The notes under the pieces were generated by a model. That model was not told the origin of the DNA and searched no databases. It saw nothing but the letters and a program-made list of their open reading frames with translations. Shown one piece after another: positions 26,515 through 41,448 of a DNA stretch of 64,000 nt (position 1 is the first letter of the stretch; the number at the start of each line of letters is the position of its first letter). Source of the stretch: the human T2T-CHM13v2.0 reference genome, Homo sapiens; the NCBI RefSeq assembly GCF_009914755.1, contig NC_060928.1, one strand, 5' to 3'. Made by a program: the position numbers and the translations under genes.

Positions 26515-28729
26515 TCTAGTAGGATGTAGCAGGGTTTAGGGGGAAGGTTGTAGAGGCAGATAATCCTTGAGGTTTGATCCTGCTTGTCTGCTCAGTGCTC
26601 CTTAGCTTCTGCCAGTCCTTCAGCCCTGCTCCTCAGCTGGGTTCATGCTCCTGGCTATGCCTTGTGCTCCTGGAACATGATTTGCCGTCTGTCTCTCCTT
26701 TCAGAAGACAGCTGAGCTGTCAAGCTCTGACTCCCTGTGGAAGCTGTCTGGTGCTGGCACATTTTGATGGAAGAGGGATGCCTCAGACTTCAACAATAAT
26801 CTCATCTTTTTTCAGTCTTCTCTTCTCCCCTAAAACTGCTGTAGGCAAGTGACTATCCTCTGTGTTGTAGACAGGAGGATCCTGTGTCAAGAAAACATTG
26901 AGACTTGCCTAAGCCACTGACATATTAATAGAGTTAATGTCAAAAGCCTTGTCATCCAACTGGGCATTCTCAGTGACACTGTGTCAATCAGCAAGTCAAT
27001 CAATTAACAAGTGTTTAATCAATGCCAATTAGGCATCTAGAAGTGTCTTGTTTAACATCTGCTGGCTGGGCTGGGCCCTGCACAGAACTTGGTTCAGTGT
27101 CCTTACAGTATCCCTGATCGAGGATCTAATTCTGTACCATGTCATCCACAGTTGGCTGCCTTTGTGGTCACACCAGGTTGCTGGGCTATATTTCATGTGA
27201 ACACCACCATTTACTACATTATTCTGTAGGCCCTAATGAAGTTAAGAGGAGCAGGATACGGGGGCCAGCTATTTAGCCCTCCGATGTGAACAACTCTTCA
27301 GCAATCTTAGCTTGATGTTGTACCTCTCACTCTGTTAGGTTTTCCTTGCACTCCCATTGAATTAAAATTAGAAATTCTGTGGACAAGGATGTGACTCTAT
27401 GAAAGAAACCTTCTTCCCCTCTGCCAATCCATATACATGTAAAATCCCCAACCCCCAGCATAAATGACCTTTGTTCTCACAATTTTAAATCCTTTTATAG
27501 GTTACAATTAATATTTAAACCCACCCTATGGTCCCCAAACCTTTCTAAAAGTAATCAGCCCATAGGATGCCCTCTTGCAAAAGGCTACATTTTCTATACT
27601 TACATTTTCATTTATTTTCTAATAGTCACAGTGGAAACTGTAACCATGAATGTACAACTCAGTAATCCAGTTAAGACTTGCTTTTTTCTGCCAACTTACT
27701 CTTTTATGAGCCAGAGATAGTAAAATAAGTCCGACATGTTTAAAAATGCCAATTCAAACTTGAATTTCTATGCCAAGAATGTTCTATGGGTTAGGTCACT
27801 CAGAGTACTACAAACCAAATTTCATGTGGTTTTCAAAGTAGCCCCGAAACTCGACCTTCATCTCAATTGGCATTGGTGATACCAAAGGTATCTATGAGAA
27901 CATCACTGGCCCATCCCAAGTTTGAGAGATGATAATAGGCACATGTGGCCATTTCCACTATATCTAGTCTAGGATTTAGTCTATGATTTAGACTACCCAG
28001 CTGTATTTTAAACTAGTCCAAACCACGACTGGCCGCAGGGAGCATAGACCTTTTCTGAGAGGGATTTTAGCTAATAATTTTACTTCCACATTGTTCCATC
28101 CTCTATTTCAGGATGCATGATGTACATACTCTTCCTTTTTCCATCTCATTTCACCATTAAATAAATGCCCTGGCTGGGTCAGAGGAACCAGGAAATAGAC
28201 TGTTATTCAGTGTGCTATTGATATGGCCCCTAAAGCCTCCAACAACTTCCCTATAGACATCACAAAATGGAACAGAAAATTCTAGTGGATCACCATTGTC
28301 CATTCATAGGCACTGCAAATGTGTTATATGTCTCACTCAATAAACCAACACAGTTTTGCTGAATTATGCTAAGTCAAAGTTTTCTTTAAATCCCATTATC
28401 CTTATCATTGTTCTTGGTGAAACTGCAAATAAATAAAACCTCTAATGAGTTATTTTTAGATATCTAAATGGACACAGGAAAATGTTAATTGACTCCTCAA
28501 ATTTACAGAACAAGTTAATAAAGGTAGAATAAAAGAAGAACTAGTCTAATAACTTTCTTCTAAGACTACAGTGAAATTTATTTTATCTCATAACATCGAA
28601 TGTCCCAGCTAAGGAACATCAAGGAGAAATTTGATGCTTTTCATTCTTTAGAATTTCACTTTGATGCAGATAATGTTGCATTAGTTATTCTTAATTTTAC
28701 TCTCTTCACTTATTAAAATGCCTAATATG

Positions 28730-29001
28730 GGCCAGGCATGGTGGCTCACGCCTCTAAATCCCAGCACTTTGGAAGGCTGAGGCAGGAGGATTGCTTGAGC
28801 CCAGAAGTTTGAGATCAGCATGGGCAACACAGGCTGATCGACAAAAAATAAAACAAAGTTCCCTGGGTGTGGTGGTGAGTGCCTGTGGTCCCAGATATTT
28901 GGGAGGCTATTTGGGAGGATCACTTGAGCCCTGGAGGTTGAGGCTGCAGTGAGGAAAGATCATACCTCTGCACTGCAGCCCACATGAAAAAAAAAAAAAA
29001 A
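28730..29001 (+). mobile_element. AluJ with 3' deletion
   Basis: J diagnostics, internal duplication of 'tatttgggagg', poly-A. TSD-like gcctaatatg/gcctaatgtg. Confidence 0.9.
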
Positions 29002-29139
29002 GCCTAATGTGAACTCGAATTACTGCTTCTAGATTATTTTCTTCACTTAGTACTGATGCATCTGAAAGTAGAATGAGAATTGTATTGCTATTTAAGTATA
29101 TTAGCAGTGTTATTACTCTGCTCCATTTTTGTTTTTAAA

Positions 29140-29435
29140 ACATCCATTTTTATAATCACCTACTCTATGTCTAGGTCTTTAACATACCTTTTATATATTC
29201 TTCATAACATATAAGATGTGTATAATCATTATAACCTTACAGAAAAGGAAAGGGACTCAGAAATATTCTGTACCATGTGAAGTACTTTAGTTCAGAGTCT
29301 GGCAGGTAATAATTCTCAATAAATATTAAAATTATCATTATTTTTCCCAAAGCCACAGAGCTATTGGTTGGGAGAATTTGAGCTCAAATTCAAACATAAC
29401 AACATGTTTTTGCTAATCTGCACATGTACTGCCTC
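29140..29435 (-). mobile_element. MIR (interrupted)
   Basis: 'ttacagaaaaggaaagggactcaga' ... 'cccaaagccacagagctattggttgg'. Confidence 0.55.
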
Positions 29436-30019
29436 AATTTTCACACTTGATTTCATGAGCAGGAAAGTTATTTTAGTCCTGTTTATTTGAATAGCTAGAG
29501 CAAATATTGCATAAACTATTATTTGCCAGTACGTCTAACATTAATTTATGTGAATGTACACCTGTGTAGCTTGTTGTATTTGTTCTATTTTGGTTTGGTT
29601 TTTAGGTTTTAATATTGTACACTGTCATGTTTTTATGAAAACCAATAATTTAGTGTTTTTTTTTTTTCCTGGGGATGGGAAAAAGGTGTTAATGGAGAAG
29701 CAAATAAATGTGAAATGAAACAGTTCTGCCCCAGGGAACAGCAGGAAACTTCCCTAAAAGCAGAGGTTCCTAACACAACCTTATACAGCAGGTTGAGCAA
29801 AACCTAACTCTAAAAATGGTACTTGCTTTCAACTACAAGACAGGACATTTGGATTCTGTTTAGTTTCCAACTGAAGTTTTGGAAAGTACATCCAGCATTT
29901 CCTTTAGAAAAGCTCCAAGGAGTTTCTTTACCTACGAGTTATTCTGAAAAACATTTGTGAAAATGTGGGCTTTTATTTTTATTAATAAATGGCCACAGCT
30001 TTCATTTTGGGAGGAATTC

Positions 30020-30570
30020 AGTTGACATTATGATGAGGAGTTTCAGGTCCAGACATCCTGTGTGCCCTTTTCTCTGTAAGCACAGCTGTGAGAGCTACAG
30101 GAGCCTCACACTTGGCTTTGCCCAAGCACAGTGCCGGCATCTCTGCGAAGGTTGGTGGCCAAGGAGCCTCCACAGGAAACATGCACCTTCCCCCACCCCA
30201 AAGTCATCGAATCGCTTCAGACTTGAGGGTCTCCACATCTTGACAGAAGGCTCAACTTTGATGAAAACTTCTCTGGAAGAACACTCAACTGGTACTTATG
30301 GTGACCAAGCAGGTCTTACAGTTCCCTTCCTCAGTTAAAACAACAAAAAAAGAACAAGGTGGTCACACATAAAACAAGAGTCATTGAATTAGGCCAGAGC
30401 TAGGCTTTGGAAATTGAATTTAAAGGCCTGGAACTAGGGATCTTAACTGCATACTTTAATGTTTAAACACAGGGCAGTTGACTTGGGAAAGCATCTGAGC
30501 TTGGTTCCGGCTGCACTCAGCTGCTTTAGCCTGCTGCCCTTGCCAGAAGACCCTGAATACATTTGAAAGC
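30020..30570 (+). repeat. Left arm of a long diverged inverted repeat
   Basis: Aligns over its length to the reverse complement of 32273-33135 once the AluS is removed. Confidence 0.9.
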
Positions 30571-31454
30571 ATCAGGCCCTGGCTCATGATTATGCCTGTG
30601 GGATGTTGTGCCCATAGCTTGAGAGGAGGTGTTCATCTTCTGGGGGAGTAAACAGCATGTGAAGAGGTTTCTGGAGTGTAACTGGGAATAGCTAAGGCTT
30701 TGGCAAGCTTAAGACTGAGTGAGAGTCAGAGCCTGAAACTGTGACTCAAATTGGCATATGATTCTGAACTTGTTTGCACCATTCTCTAATTGTTTCATGT
30801 GTGATCATATCTCCCTAGCAAGCCTGAGGGCATCTGAAGACAGAGAGCATGCTATTTTTGATTTCCCAAAAGAATCTGACAGAGTCACGGACTCGTTTTA
30901 TTGACTGACAGTCAGTGCTAGCAGTGACTTCAGCTGCAAGTAAAAAAACAGTTTGTGTTCTGAGTAATAAAGGAATGTGTCATATAGTCATGCTTCCATG
31001 GAATATCATTGATTCATCATGATAGAAATATCCTGTGAAGCAAACATAAGCCAAATGCACACAGTAACTGGGAATCTTGTGGCACAGACAGAAGAAATAA
31101 GTGGATGTACTAAGAGTTAGGGACTTGGTGGAGGAGGCCTAACTTGTGTTCACGCAGGGACACAGACAGAAGCTCTCCAAGGAGACAACACCAAGAGTCC
31201 CTGAGAGTAAGCCCTGAGGCTGCAAAGACCCCCGTCCATCAGTAGACCGATCCACTTCACTCATTCCTGTACTCTCTAATTCAGATGTTAAATCTTTCAT
31301 GAATACAGAGATGAATATACATGGCCTCTGCCCCTAAAGGTGAGACATATTTGTAAACAGATACATTAAAACATCAAGCATAATCCCATATGGCAGAGTG
31401 ATTTAATGAGAAGACGGAAATGGGGCTGGCTTTGCATACAGGTTTTGTGATCTA

Positions 31455-31600
31455 TTATTGGCTGTATGACTTGGATTTTTTTTTAGCCTGTTTTCTCCTC
31501 TGCAAGTATGGGTAATAATACCTATCATATTGGATTATTGAAAGAATGAAGGGAGAAACACATAGAACTGACAGCTCACATGGTGCACAGGATGGACCCT
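31455..31600 (+). mobile_element. MIR
   Basis: 'tggctgtatgacttgg...tttctcctctgcaagtatgggtaataatacctatcatattggattattg'. Confidence 0.7.
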
Positions 31601-31749
31601 CAGGAAATGTTCTATTCCTTTCTCTCACAAAGAAACGTGCAGTGCTGTGGTTGCTCAGAGGCAAGAGCAATGGCTGCCTGAGAAAAGGAGGAGAGACTTC
31701 TCCCAGGAAATACATCTTTGCTTGACCCTGAAGAATCAATAAGTCCCTT

Positions 31750-31885
31750 ATTGAATTATTTATTCCGCAGATGTTTACAGAGCACTATTATACACCAAAT
31801 ATTGTGCCAGATGCTGGGGATAAGATGGTGAACAAAACAGACATGGTCCTTGTTCGCATGGATCTTACCTTCCAGACAGAGTGAC
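31750..31885 (-). mobile_element. L2 3' fragment
   Basis: 'attgtgccagatgctggggataagatggtgaacaaaacagacatggtccttgttcgcatggatcttac'. Confidence 0.75.
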
Positions 31886-31945
31886 AGACCAGACCAAACA
31901 AATAGACCCAGCAATTCTGAGCAGGGAGGCTAAGCTGGATAATTG

Positions 31946-32252
31946 GTTTTTGTTTGTTTGTTTGTTTTTGAGACAGAGTCTCGCTCGGTCGCCCAGGCAG
32001 GAGTGCAGTGGCGCAATCTCAGCTAACTGCAATCTCTGCCTCCCGGGTTCAAGCGATGCTCGTGCCTCAGCCTCCTGAGTAGCTGGGACTACAGGTGCGT
32101 GCCACCATACCCCACTAATTTTTGTATTCTTAGTAGAGATGGGGTTTTACCATGTTGCCCAGGCTGGTCTCTGTTTTCCTGACCTCAAGTTATCTGCCCG
32201 CCTCGGCCTCCCAAAGTGCTGGGATTACAGGTGTGAGCCACCATGCCCGGCC
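31946..32252 (-). mobile_element. AluS (Sx/Sz-like)
   Basis: Full Alu with a perfect 15-bp TSD 'taagctggataattg'. Confidence 0.95.
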
Positions 32253-32272
32253 TAAGCTGGATAATTGTAACC

Positions 32273-33135
<863 letters not shown>

Positions 33136-33139
33136 GGGT

Positions 33140-33825
33140 AAGAAACAGCAGGCAATGCAAAGCGTGAGAGGAGGAGCATTGTAAGCAGAAACAGTACATA
33201 GAAATGCCCCGAAGCAGAGAAGTGCTTGGCTGAGGAAGTGAAAGTATAGAATAAAACGGGGAGAGGATAGTGCTTAATGGAGTTCGACTGGAAAGGATTC
33301 AGGGGAGTTCATTCCAGAGTGAACAGCATGTGCAAAGGTGTAGAGTCTTAAAAGAGTCTGACACGGTCTAAGAATAGGGAGAACTTCATTGTGGCCTCAC
33401 TTTAGCCTGGAGGAAAAAGAGGGCGGCAGGAGATGGTGCTAGGGAGGTAGGTGGAGGTCAGATTGTGGGGGATCTTGCTTGTATGATAAGTGAAGACATT
33501 TACATTTTGTTCTGTTTATAGGCAAGACTCTACACAGGTTTTTTATGTGGAAGGGTGGATGCATGATTTGATTATGGTAGTGTAGAGGATGGATTAAAAG
33601 TGAAGAGATTGGAGGGGAGTTCAAACACCAGGCTGCTGAAACAGTCTGAGGAAGGACTGAAATAAAACTGTGACAAAGAGGACTGGATTCAAGGGACAAT
33701 CCTGAAGTAGAAGCAACATGATGTAAGAAATAATGGAGTGAGGGTGTGATGAATCAAGGATGACAATGAGGTTTCCAATTTCGGAAGCACACATTCCAGG
33801 AGCCATCACAGTGATGGTGCCATCA
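33140..33825 (-). mobile_element. L2 fragment(s)
   Basis: Purine-rich 'attccagagtgaacagcatgtgcaaagg', 'gaatcaaggatgacaatgaggtttcc'. Confidence 0.65.
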
Positions 33826-33834
33826 CCTGTCAGG

Positions 33835-33982
33835 TAGCCTCTGGAAAGCTCCCCTGTATACTCATAAAAGTGAAAGTGACAATGCCTTATTATTATTAGG
33901 AAATAGTTTTGACCCCAAAGACCCTCTGAAAGAATCTCAGGGATGCCTCCAAGGTCCTTGGTTCACACCATAGGACCTGCTG
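33835..33982. mobile_element. hAT-Charlie fragment (MER119-like)
   Basis: 'aaatagttttgaccccaaagaccctctgaaagaatctcaggg' resembles a Charlie-type terminus. Subfamily uncertain. Confidence 0.5.
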
Positions 33983-36699
33983 TTATAGGCAGTAAGTTAG
34001 GACTCCTCTCACCATCCCTGAGCCCTCTCCATGACCTACCTACTCACCCACCAACAACCTCATAAATGCACTTGATCTGGAATTATTTGCACCTGGACTT
34101 GCTATTGCATCTTAGGTTTGGAGATCCTGACCTGGCTCAGCAAAGCTTCTGAGGTTGACTCTACTTCCATTTAGAGTAGTTTCATAAGCGCCCACCAATT
34201 TTGGGACCCTGACTTCTCTGCATGGCTTTACCTCTTGCTACTCAGATGTGGGGCATCTTCTGTTGTCTATAAGACAGTTCCACTCTGGCTCTGCACAAAG
34301 AGAAAGCATTCTCTACTCTGGACCCTGGGTGGGTGGTTGGGCAAAGCTAGATTCATCTTCTTAAGAAAACTACTCAAACCAAGCAGAGTCGATCTGCAAG
34401 ATAATAAGAGTAGATATGCGAGTTAATGGGAAACCAGTGTTAGTCCTTGGAAAATAAAGCAGCATAAGAGAATTACTTACATTGTCAATTAAATTTTTAA
34501 ATTAAATTCTGATTTTCAGAATTAATTAAAGAAGGAAGAGAGAGAAGACAAAATGTGTATTTGTGTGTGTTTGTGTGCACGTGTGTGTGTTTGTAGTTAT
34601 TCTCTTTAAAAAAAAATAGTGCCTTACAAAGTGGAAATGAAATAGTAAGCATGATGGACGGTGAGGATTAGCCATTGTAGAGAAATATAATTTTAGTGGA
34701 TTGAAATTTATTTGGAAACCTTTTCCTATAGACAAACGTATCTCATTTTACGAGGCCTCCTTGATTTAGTTTGGTTTAAAAGTCAATGGAGAAATATATT
34801 CCATTTGATCAAATTGTCAAGTACAGCTTGTTAATGTGTCTGTGTGAGTTTCAACATCTCACCACTCAAGTGTTGGATTTGTCCTTGTGTGTAAGCCATA
34901 GCAATGTCCCTCCTTCCTTCTCCACTTTCCTCTTCAAGCACAAGTCTCTTGGCCTACAAGTTTCTTAGACTACAGACTCCCATGATGGAGGTTTTCCCCC
35001 TATATGACCTACAGCTTAGTATGGTATTTCTAGATGTTTGTATAAGAACCTGTTTAACTGATTTCAGAGTCTTTTCTCTCTTCCCATGTTTTTCCCCCCA
35101 ATTACTTTTTACTTTGTATTTGAAATATTTTTATGAATTTTCTAAATTTTAAAGGACTCTTGAATGTTTACTTATATTCTGACATGTTGAAAATATATTC
35201 CATTATCATGTTTAATCCCAGGACTTATGATGCTGGAAGCACGGAATGATTTAATGCTTTGCCTAGTCTTACCTAGCAAGCCAGAAGAGACATAGGCTTA
35301 AGCCGGACCAGCTGATCGTCAGTCCTATGCACTGCCCCTGAGCTGATTAATAGTTCCTTTTATTACTGTTGAACATTTGGTTCTTCTAGGGGGCCTCTGG
35401 GTCAGTCACTACCACCATATTAGGCCACACTCTGACAAGTAGTTTTGTTCCTACAAAGAATCTAATTTCTTTCTCCAACGTGTGGCCTCCTAAGACCACT
35501 GTGCTCTGCTGGTGATGCTTGAGTTACTCAGGGAAAGAGGCAGATAGCCAAAAATTCACCAATTTTAGCAGAAAACCCTGCCGTCAGCGACAGCTGGAGC
35601 ATCACAAAATCTATAAACACACTTGTTACTCATCTGCTGTGCCTGTAGGACAAGCCAGGCATGTGACCACTGAACATCTTGTAGAGGAGAGGTTTCCTAG
35701 GCGGGTCTCCTGACAGAAACTGAGATGAGAAAAATCAAATGAGCTTGGCGTTCAGAACATTGTGTGTTATTAGTTGAGCCCTGTTTTGAAAGAGGAGACC
35801 TACCACCTAAATGTAATTTAAAGAATTGAGAGATGGAGTGACAATTGGGTTAGATGCATCAATATGAGCACTGTTAATTCAATATATGAACTGGGGAATC
35901 GCTGAGTTTGAGTACTAATTGGTTACAGAGGAATTTTCTTTAAAAACTCTTAAAAGGCTTTCTACCTAGCATTTTATCATCTAGAAAAAGGCAAAGTTTT
36001 GGTAAAATGCAATCCTAATGACAGAGTAAATTTACATCACATAACCACAAGCTTGGTAGAAAGTGGCATGTTATTCCCATAAACATCTTGGACATCTAAA
36101 GTTAAAAATCGTAGGTGTTATAGAAAAAGATCTTTGTTTCTAGTTTTTGGGTATTTAATTTTTAAAATTTTGGCATTTGTTTTCTTATCCAAATGCCTGC
36201 CCATGCAAGAATTAGATTATCTGAATAGGAGATAAGATGTACTTAGACCCTTTGATTAAATTTTCTTGGATTTTAGGCATATAACCATAGATCCTTGTCT
36301 AATGAATATTTTTTATTTACTATTTTTCAAATCACAAACTAATGAAAGGACATACAAACAAACGTGCTCTCATAATTCAGTTCATTCTTTTAGACTCCTT
36401 GAATGTAAGAGCAAGGTACATATATTTTACTTCCAGTGCAATTCTCTATGGTATCTAAGTGCCATGAACACTCACCAGTGCTGTCTCATGATCTAATACC
36501 CATGATTATTTGAGCTATTGACTTAGGATGATCCCAGCCTGTAGGTCTCATTTGCAAAGTTCTTTAAACATATGCCTTTGTGATGAATCAAAGTCATTTC
36601 TTGAAAAAAACAGAGCTCTGACCAGATACTATGTTAGATATTTGATGGGAAATATATATTCCAACTTGGATATATATTGAGCTCCAAGCCCAATATATG

Positions 36700-36930
36700 T
36701 GATGATAGCAACTATTATTTACTATTTATTGTATACCTATCACTGTGATGGGTATCTTATATACATTATGTCTGTTATTCCTCTCAAAAACCCCATAAGA
36801 TAGGCATATTATTTCCAATTTTACAAATGAGAAAAACCAAAGTTTGTTAATTAAATAACTTGCTCCAAGTTACACAGTTAGTAAGTGAAGGAGGAGTTAT
36901 TTGAACTCAGGTTGTCTGATTCCACAGGCT
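36700..36930 (-). mobile_element. MIR
   Basis: 'ccaattttacaaatgagaaaaacc...aaataacttgctccaagttacacagttagtaagtg'. Confidence 0.85.
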
Positions 36931-36939
36931 TTGCATTCA

Positions 36940-37070
36940 GAGTGGCAGTATAATGTGTTTTGTAAGCTTCAGAGTCAAATTATAAGCTTTGACTCTGAAG
37001 CTAGATTACCCAGGTTTAAATCTTAGCTCTGCCCCTTAATAACCAATAACTTATGAGACCTGGGACAAAT
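36940..37070 (+). mobile_element. MIR 5' fragment containing a perfect hairpin
   Basis: 'ggcagtataatgtg...gactctgaagctagattacccaggtttaaatcttagctctgcc'. Confidence 0.65.
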
Positions 37071-37204
37071 GACTACAAGGAAGTTTAAAATTGAACGTGT
37101 GGCTTACATTTGAGGTCCATGTTGTATTTCTATTGGATAGTGCTAGGTCTGGACTTTTCCAAATGCTGTCTTTCATTCTTTATCTGTCCATGTATCTATT
37201 TATC

Positions 37205-37205
<1 letters not shown>

Positions 37206-37253
<48 letters not shown>

Positions 37254-37261
37254 ATCTATCT
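37206..37261. repeat. (TATC)12 tetranucleotide STR plus imperfect flank
   Basis: 12 perfect TATC units at 37206-37253. Confidence 0.97.
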
Positions 37262-37349
37262 AATTTTGCTTTTTTCTGTCTTGCCTCTTTTTATTTCTTT
37301 GCCCACATTGATGCTAAAGATGTCTTACTAAACACAATCCGATCCAGGC

Positions 37350-37845
37350 TCTTTTGTACTGAAAAGCTTTTGCTAGCTCCTATCACCTACAATGGAAAGC
37401 CTGAACTCCATTATGCGGCATACACAAACTTTTCATCCTCTCTCTACCTGTCCAGCCTCATCTCTCTCATGACTCTCTTCCTTGCACTTCACATCTTGGA
37501 AACACTAAGCTGTGCTTTGGTTCCCAGGTCATTTCACGCTTTTGCCTTTGCACTTGTTGTTCCCATTGCTTTGAAATCTCCTCCCCTTTCTGGTTGCAGT
37601 GACTGAAGTTTTACTCATCTCCCAAAATCTAACTCAGACATTGCCTCCTCTAGAAAGGTTTCCCAAAATGATCAGCCACCCCCTTCGTCCACCACTTTTG
37701 CAATGCTTCTGTTCTTTATGAATACTTTTATTACCTTTGCCAGATGTATAACTTGTTTTTCTGTCTGCCACCCCTACTAGCCTGAGTATACGGAGAATAT
37801 AATTGTATATCATTTCCATATTGATAAAAAAGTGATTGAATAAAC
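37350..37845 (+). mobile_element. L2 3' fragment
   Basis: 'gcctttgcacttgttgttcccattgctttgaaatctcctccc', 'cctcctctagaaaggtttccc'. Confidence 0.65.
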
Positions 37846-37928
37846 AAAACAATACCTTCTCTCAAGGAGAGAGATACACTTTTGTACAATAAAAATAAAT
37901 ATAACGCAAGATGTAAGATATGTCATAA

Positions 37929-38275
<347 letters not shown>

Positions 38276-38305
38276 TTAATTTTGACAAAAATTTAAAAGA
38301 AAAAA

Positions 38306-38784
<479 letters not shown>

Positions 38785-40329
38785 CTACCTGAAGACACGG
38801 GACACTGAGGCTAAACTAGAATTCTAGTTTCTTGCTTCAGAGGGAGGGAAAAAACATATTGATAAGACTGAATACCTGCATCTTCTGGTCAGTGTGATAG
38901 TTTCCCTTAGGAACCAAATTTATTAGTAAAGCTAGATTTGTGAGTGTGAAATCAGAACAAAGTCTGTGAGTTGAAAGATTCAATAGTGGATGCCTGCTCT
39001 GCTCACCTCTGCAGTTGAATGCACCTGTTACTTGCACCAGGCAGAGCAAATCTTTAGTCTGGCTGCCTTCTTCTCTGGGCAGTACTTTTATGGGCACTGT
39101 TTGTCTATGACTCTTTTCTAATTTCTATTTCTAGACAACCCATTCAGAAAGACACATTCTTTCCTTAGACATGTTAATACCTCCCATTAGTCAGCTCTGT
39201 TCTGTGCTCAGTCCACTTATGAGGCAACTTTAAACATTTCTGTTCTCATAGGCAACCTGTTGATTTAGAGTTAACCCTCCAAGGCAAGCCCTGTTATCTT
39301 ATTTCCAAGATCTTAGATGTCCCTGACTCCTGACAGTAAAATAGCTTTGGGGGAATTGAGGAGAAAGGAGAGGGGCGCTTCCTGGAGAAGACAGTGTTAG
39401 GATTCTGACGGGGGTGGTAAGGATGGGAGACTAGGACTTGGTTAACTGCACTGCTTGATAACCACATTTTTCAAAAAGTATGTGTCAGTTATTTGAGGAA
39501 AATTACAAGGCCTTGAATTATGTAAATATATTTTTAATATGCACACTTCACTGGCTTGGTCATATTCTAAATTTTGCAGCCTTTTTGCTGTTTGAAAGTA
39601 TGAATTTAAGAGAGCGCTCAAGGATGAAGCATTATTTGTATTGCTAGGACTGCTAAGCAGTGAAACACACTTTAAGGGCAAAGTTTCCTTTCTGGTGAAC
39701 AAACAAAAGAGAATTATATTATCGTGTAATATCATGTAATATCGTGTGTATTTTAGGTATTTTCTATGTGTCTGATGATGAGAAAATTAATCATGAAAAC
39801 TTAAAAAAATTGTAATTCTTGCTTCTTAGGAGCCAGAGAATTTCAGTAAACCAGAGTTAAAACAGGCAAGTTTACATGTCTATTAGTTGCTATCCTGTTT
39901 TAAATGAGTATTAATATCTTAGTGCCTGGTTCAAAAGTTACATCTCACAGAGAAAGTCACCTTAGAGTGTGACTCAAGATCACTGAGGTCTGTGCTAGTT
40001 TCAGCTGTGTCAGTTGCTGTGCAACCTTTAACAGGGATCTTAACTTCTCTGGATCTCAGTTGTTCTGTCTGTGAAAAATAGGGGGTAGGTGTTTTAATGT
40101 TTTCAATCTTTCACAACTCTGCAACTTTGTGAGTCTGTGAAGTATTATTCCAATAAATGGATCAAAGTTTGAGATTAACTCTTCTTCCTCTCCATCCCTC
40201 CTCCCCACTCCCTCCCTCCCTCTCTCTCTTACTCTGTTTTTGTTTTTGTTTTTGTTTTGTTTTTTCTTTCTAACTTGTACTAGAATGTGCAGAGCACAGG
40301 AGGTCCTTTAAACGTCAGCAGAGCTGGAC

Positions 40330-40482
40330 ACTTGTTGACCGTGTGATCTTGGGCAAGCCATGTAACATCTCAAAGATTTAGTTTTGTCTTCTGGAAAATG
40401 GATTTAACAGCCTTTACCTCTCAGGGTTATTGTGAGGATTAGAGATAATGTATGTAAAGTGAAATGTTTAGCTGTTATTATT
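40330..40482 (+). mobile_element. MIR
   Basis: 'gtgtgatcttgggcaagcc...tacctctcagggttattgtgaggattagagataatgtatgtaaagtg'. Confidence 0.85.
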
Positions 40483-40497
40483 ACTCATTTACCATGA

Positions 40498-40809
<312 letters not shown>

Positions 40810-40900
40810 TAATAAGATTAAAATAAGGTTTCTGCTTTTGTAAAGATAGTAGAGATAATATATTATCTAATAATTACAATATAAAGTACCAGAAGAGAGA

Positions 40901-40990
40901 TACAGGTGCATACCACCGCACCCAGCTAGCTTGTATGTATGTATGTATGTATGCATGTAGAGATGGGGTCTTGCTATGTTGCCAAGGCTG
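40901..40990 (-). mobile_element. Tailless internal Alu fragment (linker region with (TATG)n)
   Basis: 'tacaggtgcataccaccgcacccagcta...gtagagatggggtcttgctatgttgccaaggctg'. Confidence 0.85.
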
Positions 40991-41395
40991 CAAAGTAATT
41001 TTTACTGAGTTTATAGACTAATAATACCTCTTCCTGGGGAGTACAGGAGAATAATCAGGTGAAGGGCTTCATTGATCTGGGCTTTGCAGGATAAATCATA
41101 TTTGAAGACAGAAGGACATTCTGGGGCACATAGGGTAGATTCTGAACACAGAGAACAGTTTCCTTCTAATCTACTACCATCTTCAGGGTTTTGCACTATT
41201 GCCTGGTACTTTTTAAAGGTTTTGAAGTAGAGATGTTCAATACCACCGTGTATTTGCCCAAGAAGTCATTTGTTCTCTGAAGAAGCTGGCAAAAGAAAAG
41301 TTGAAGGAGCTTTAGGGAAAGGCCCTTTAAACAGAAAGAAGCTCCTGACCATGGGTTTATCTGGGAAAAAAGCAACTCTCCTTTAATAAGTAAAT

Positions 41396-41448
41396 CAGAG
41401 TCTCATTCTGCTACCCAGACTGGAGTGCAGTGGCACAATCATGGTTCA
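41396..41448 (-). mobile_element. Tailless ~50-bp Alu right-arm fragment
   Basis: 'cagagtctcattctgctacccagactggagtgcagtggcacaatcatggttca'. Confidence 0.8.

Noticed and set aside
30029-30120. ATGATGA as the C box of a box C/D snoRNA at the start of the inverted-repeat arm
   Set aside because: There is no suitably placed CTGA D box or terminal stem, and the motif is not cleanly preserved in the other arm.
37091-37606. 171-aa hydrophobic ORF resembling a membrane protein
   Set aside because: The hydrophobic stretch is the translated (TATC)n microsatellite plus L2 sequence.
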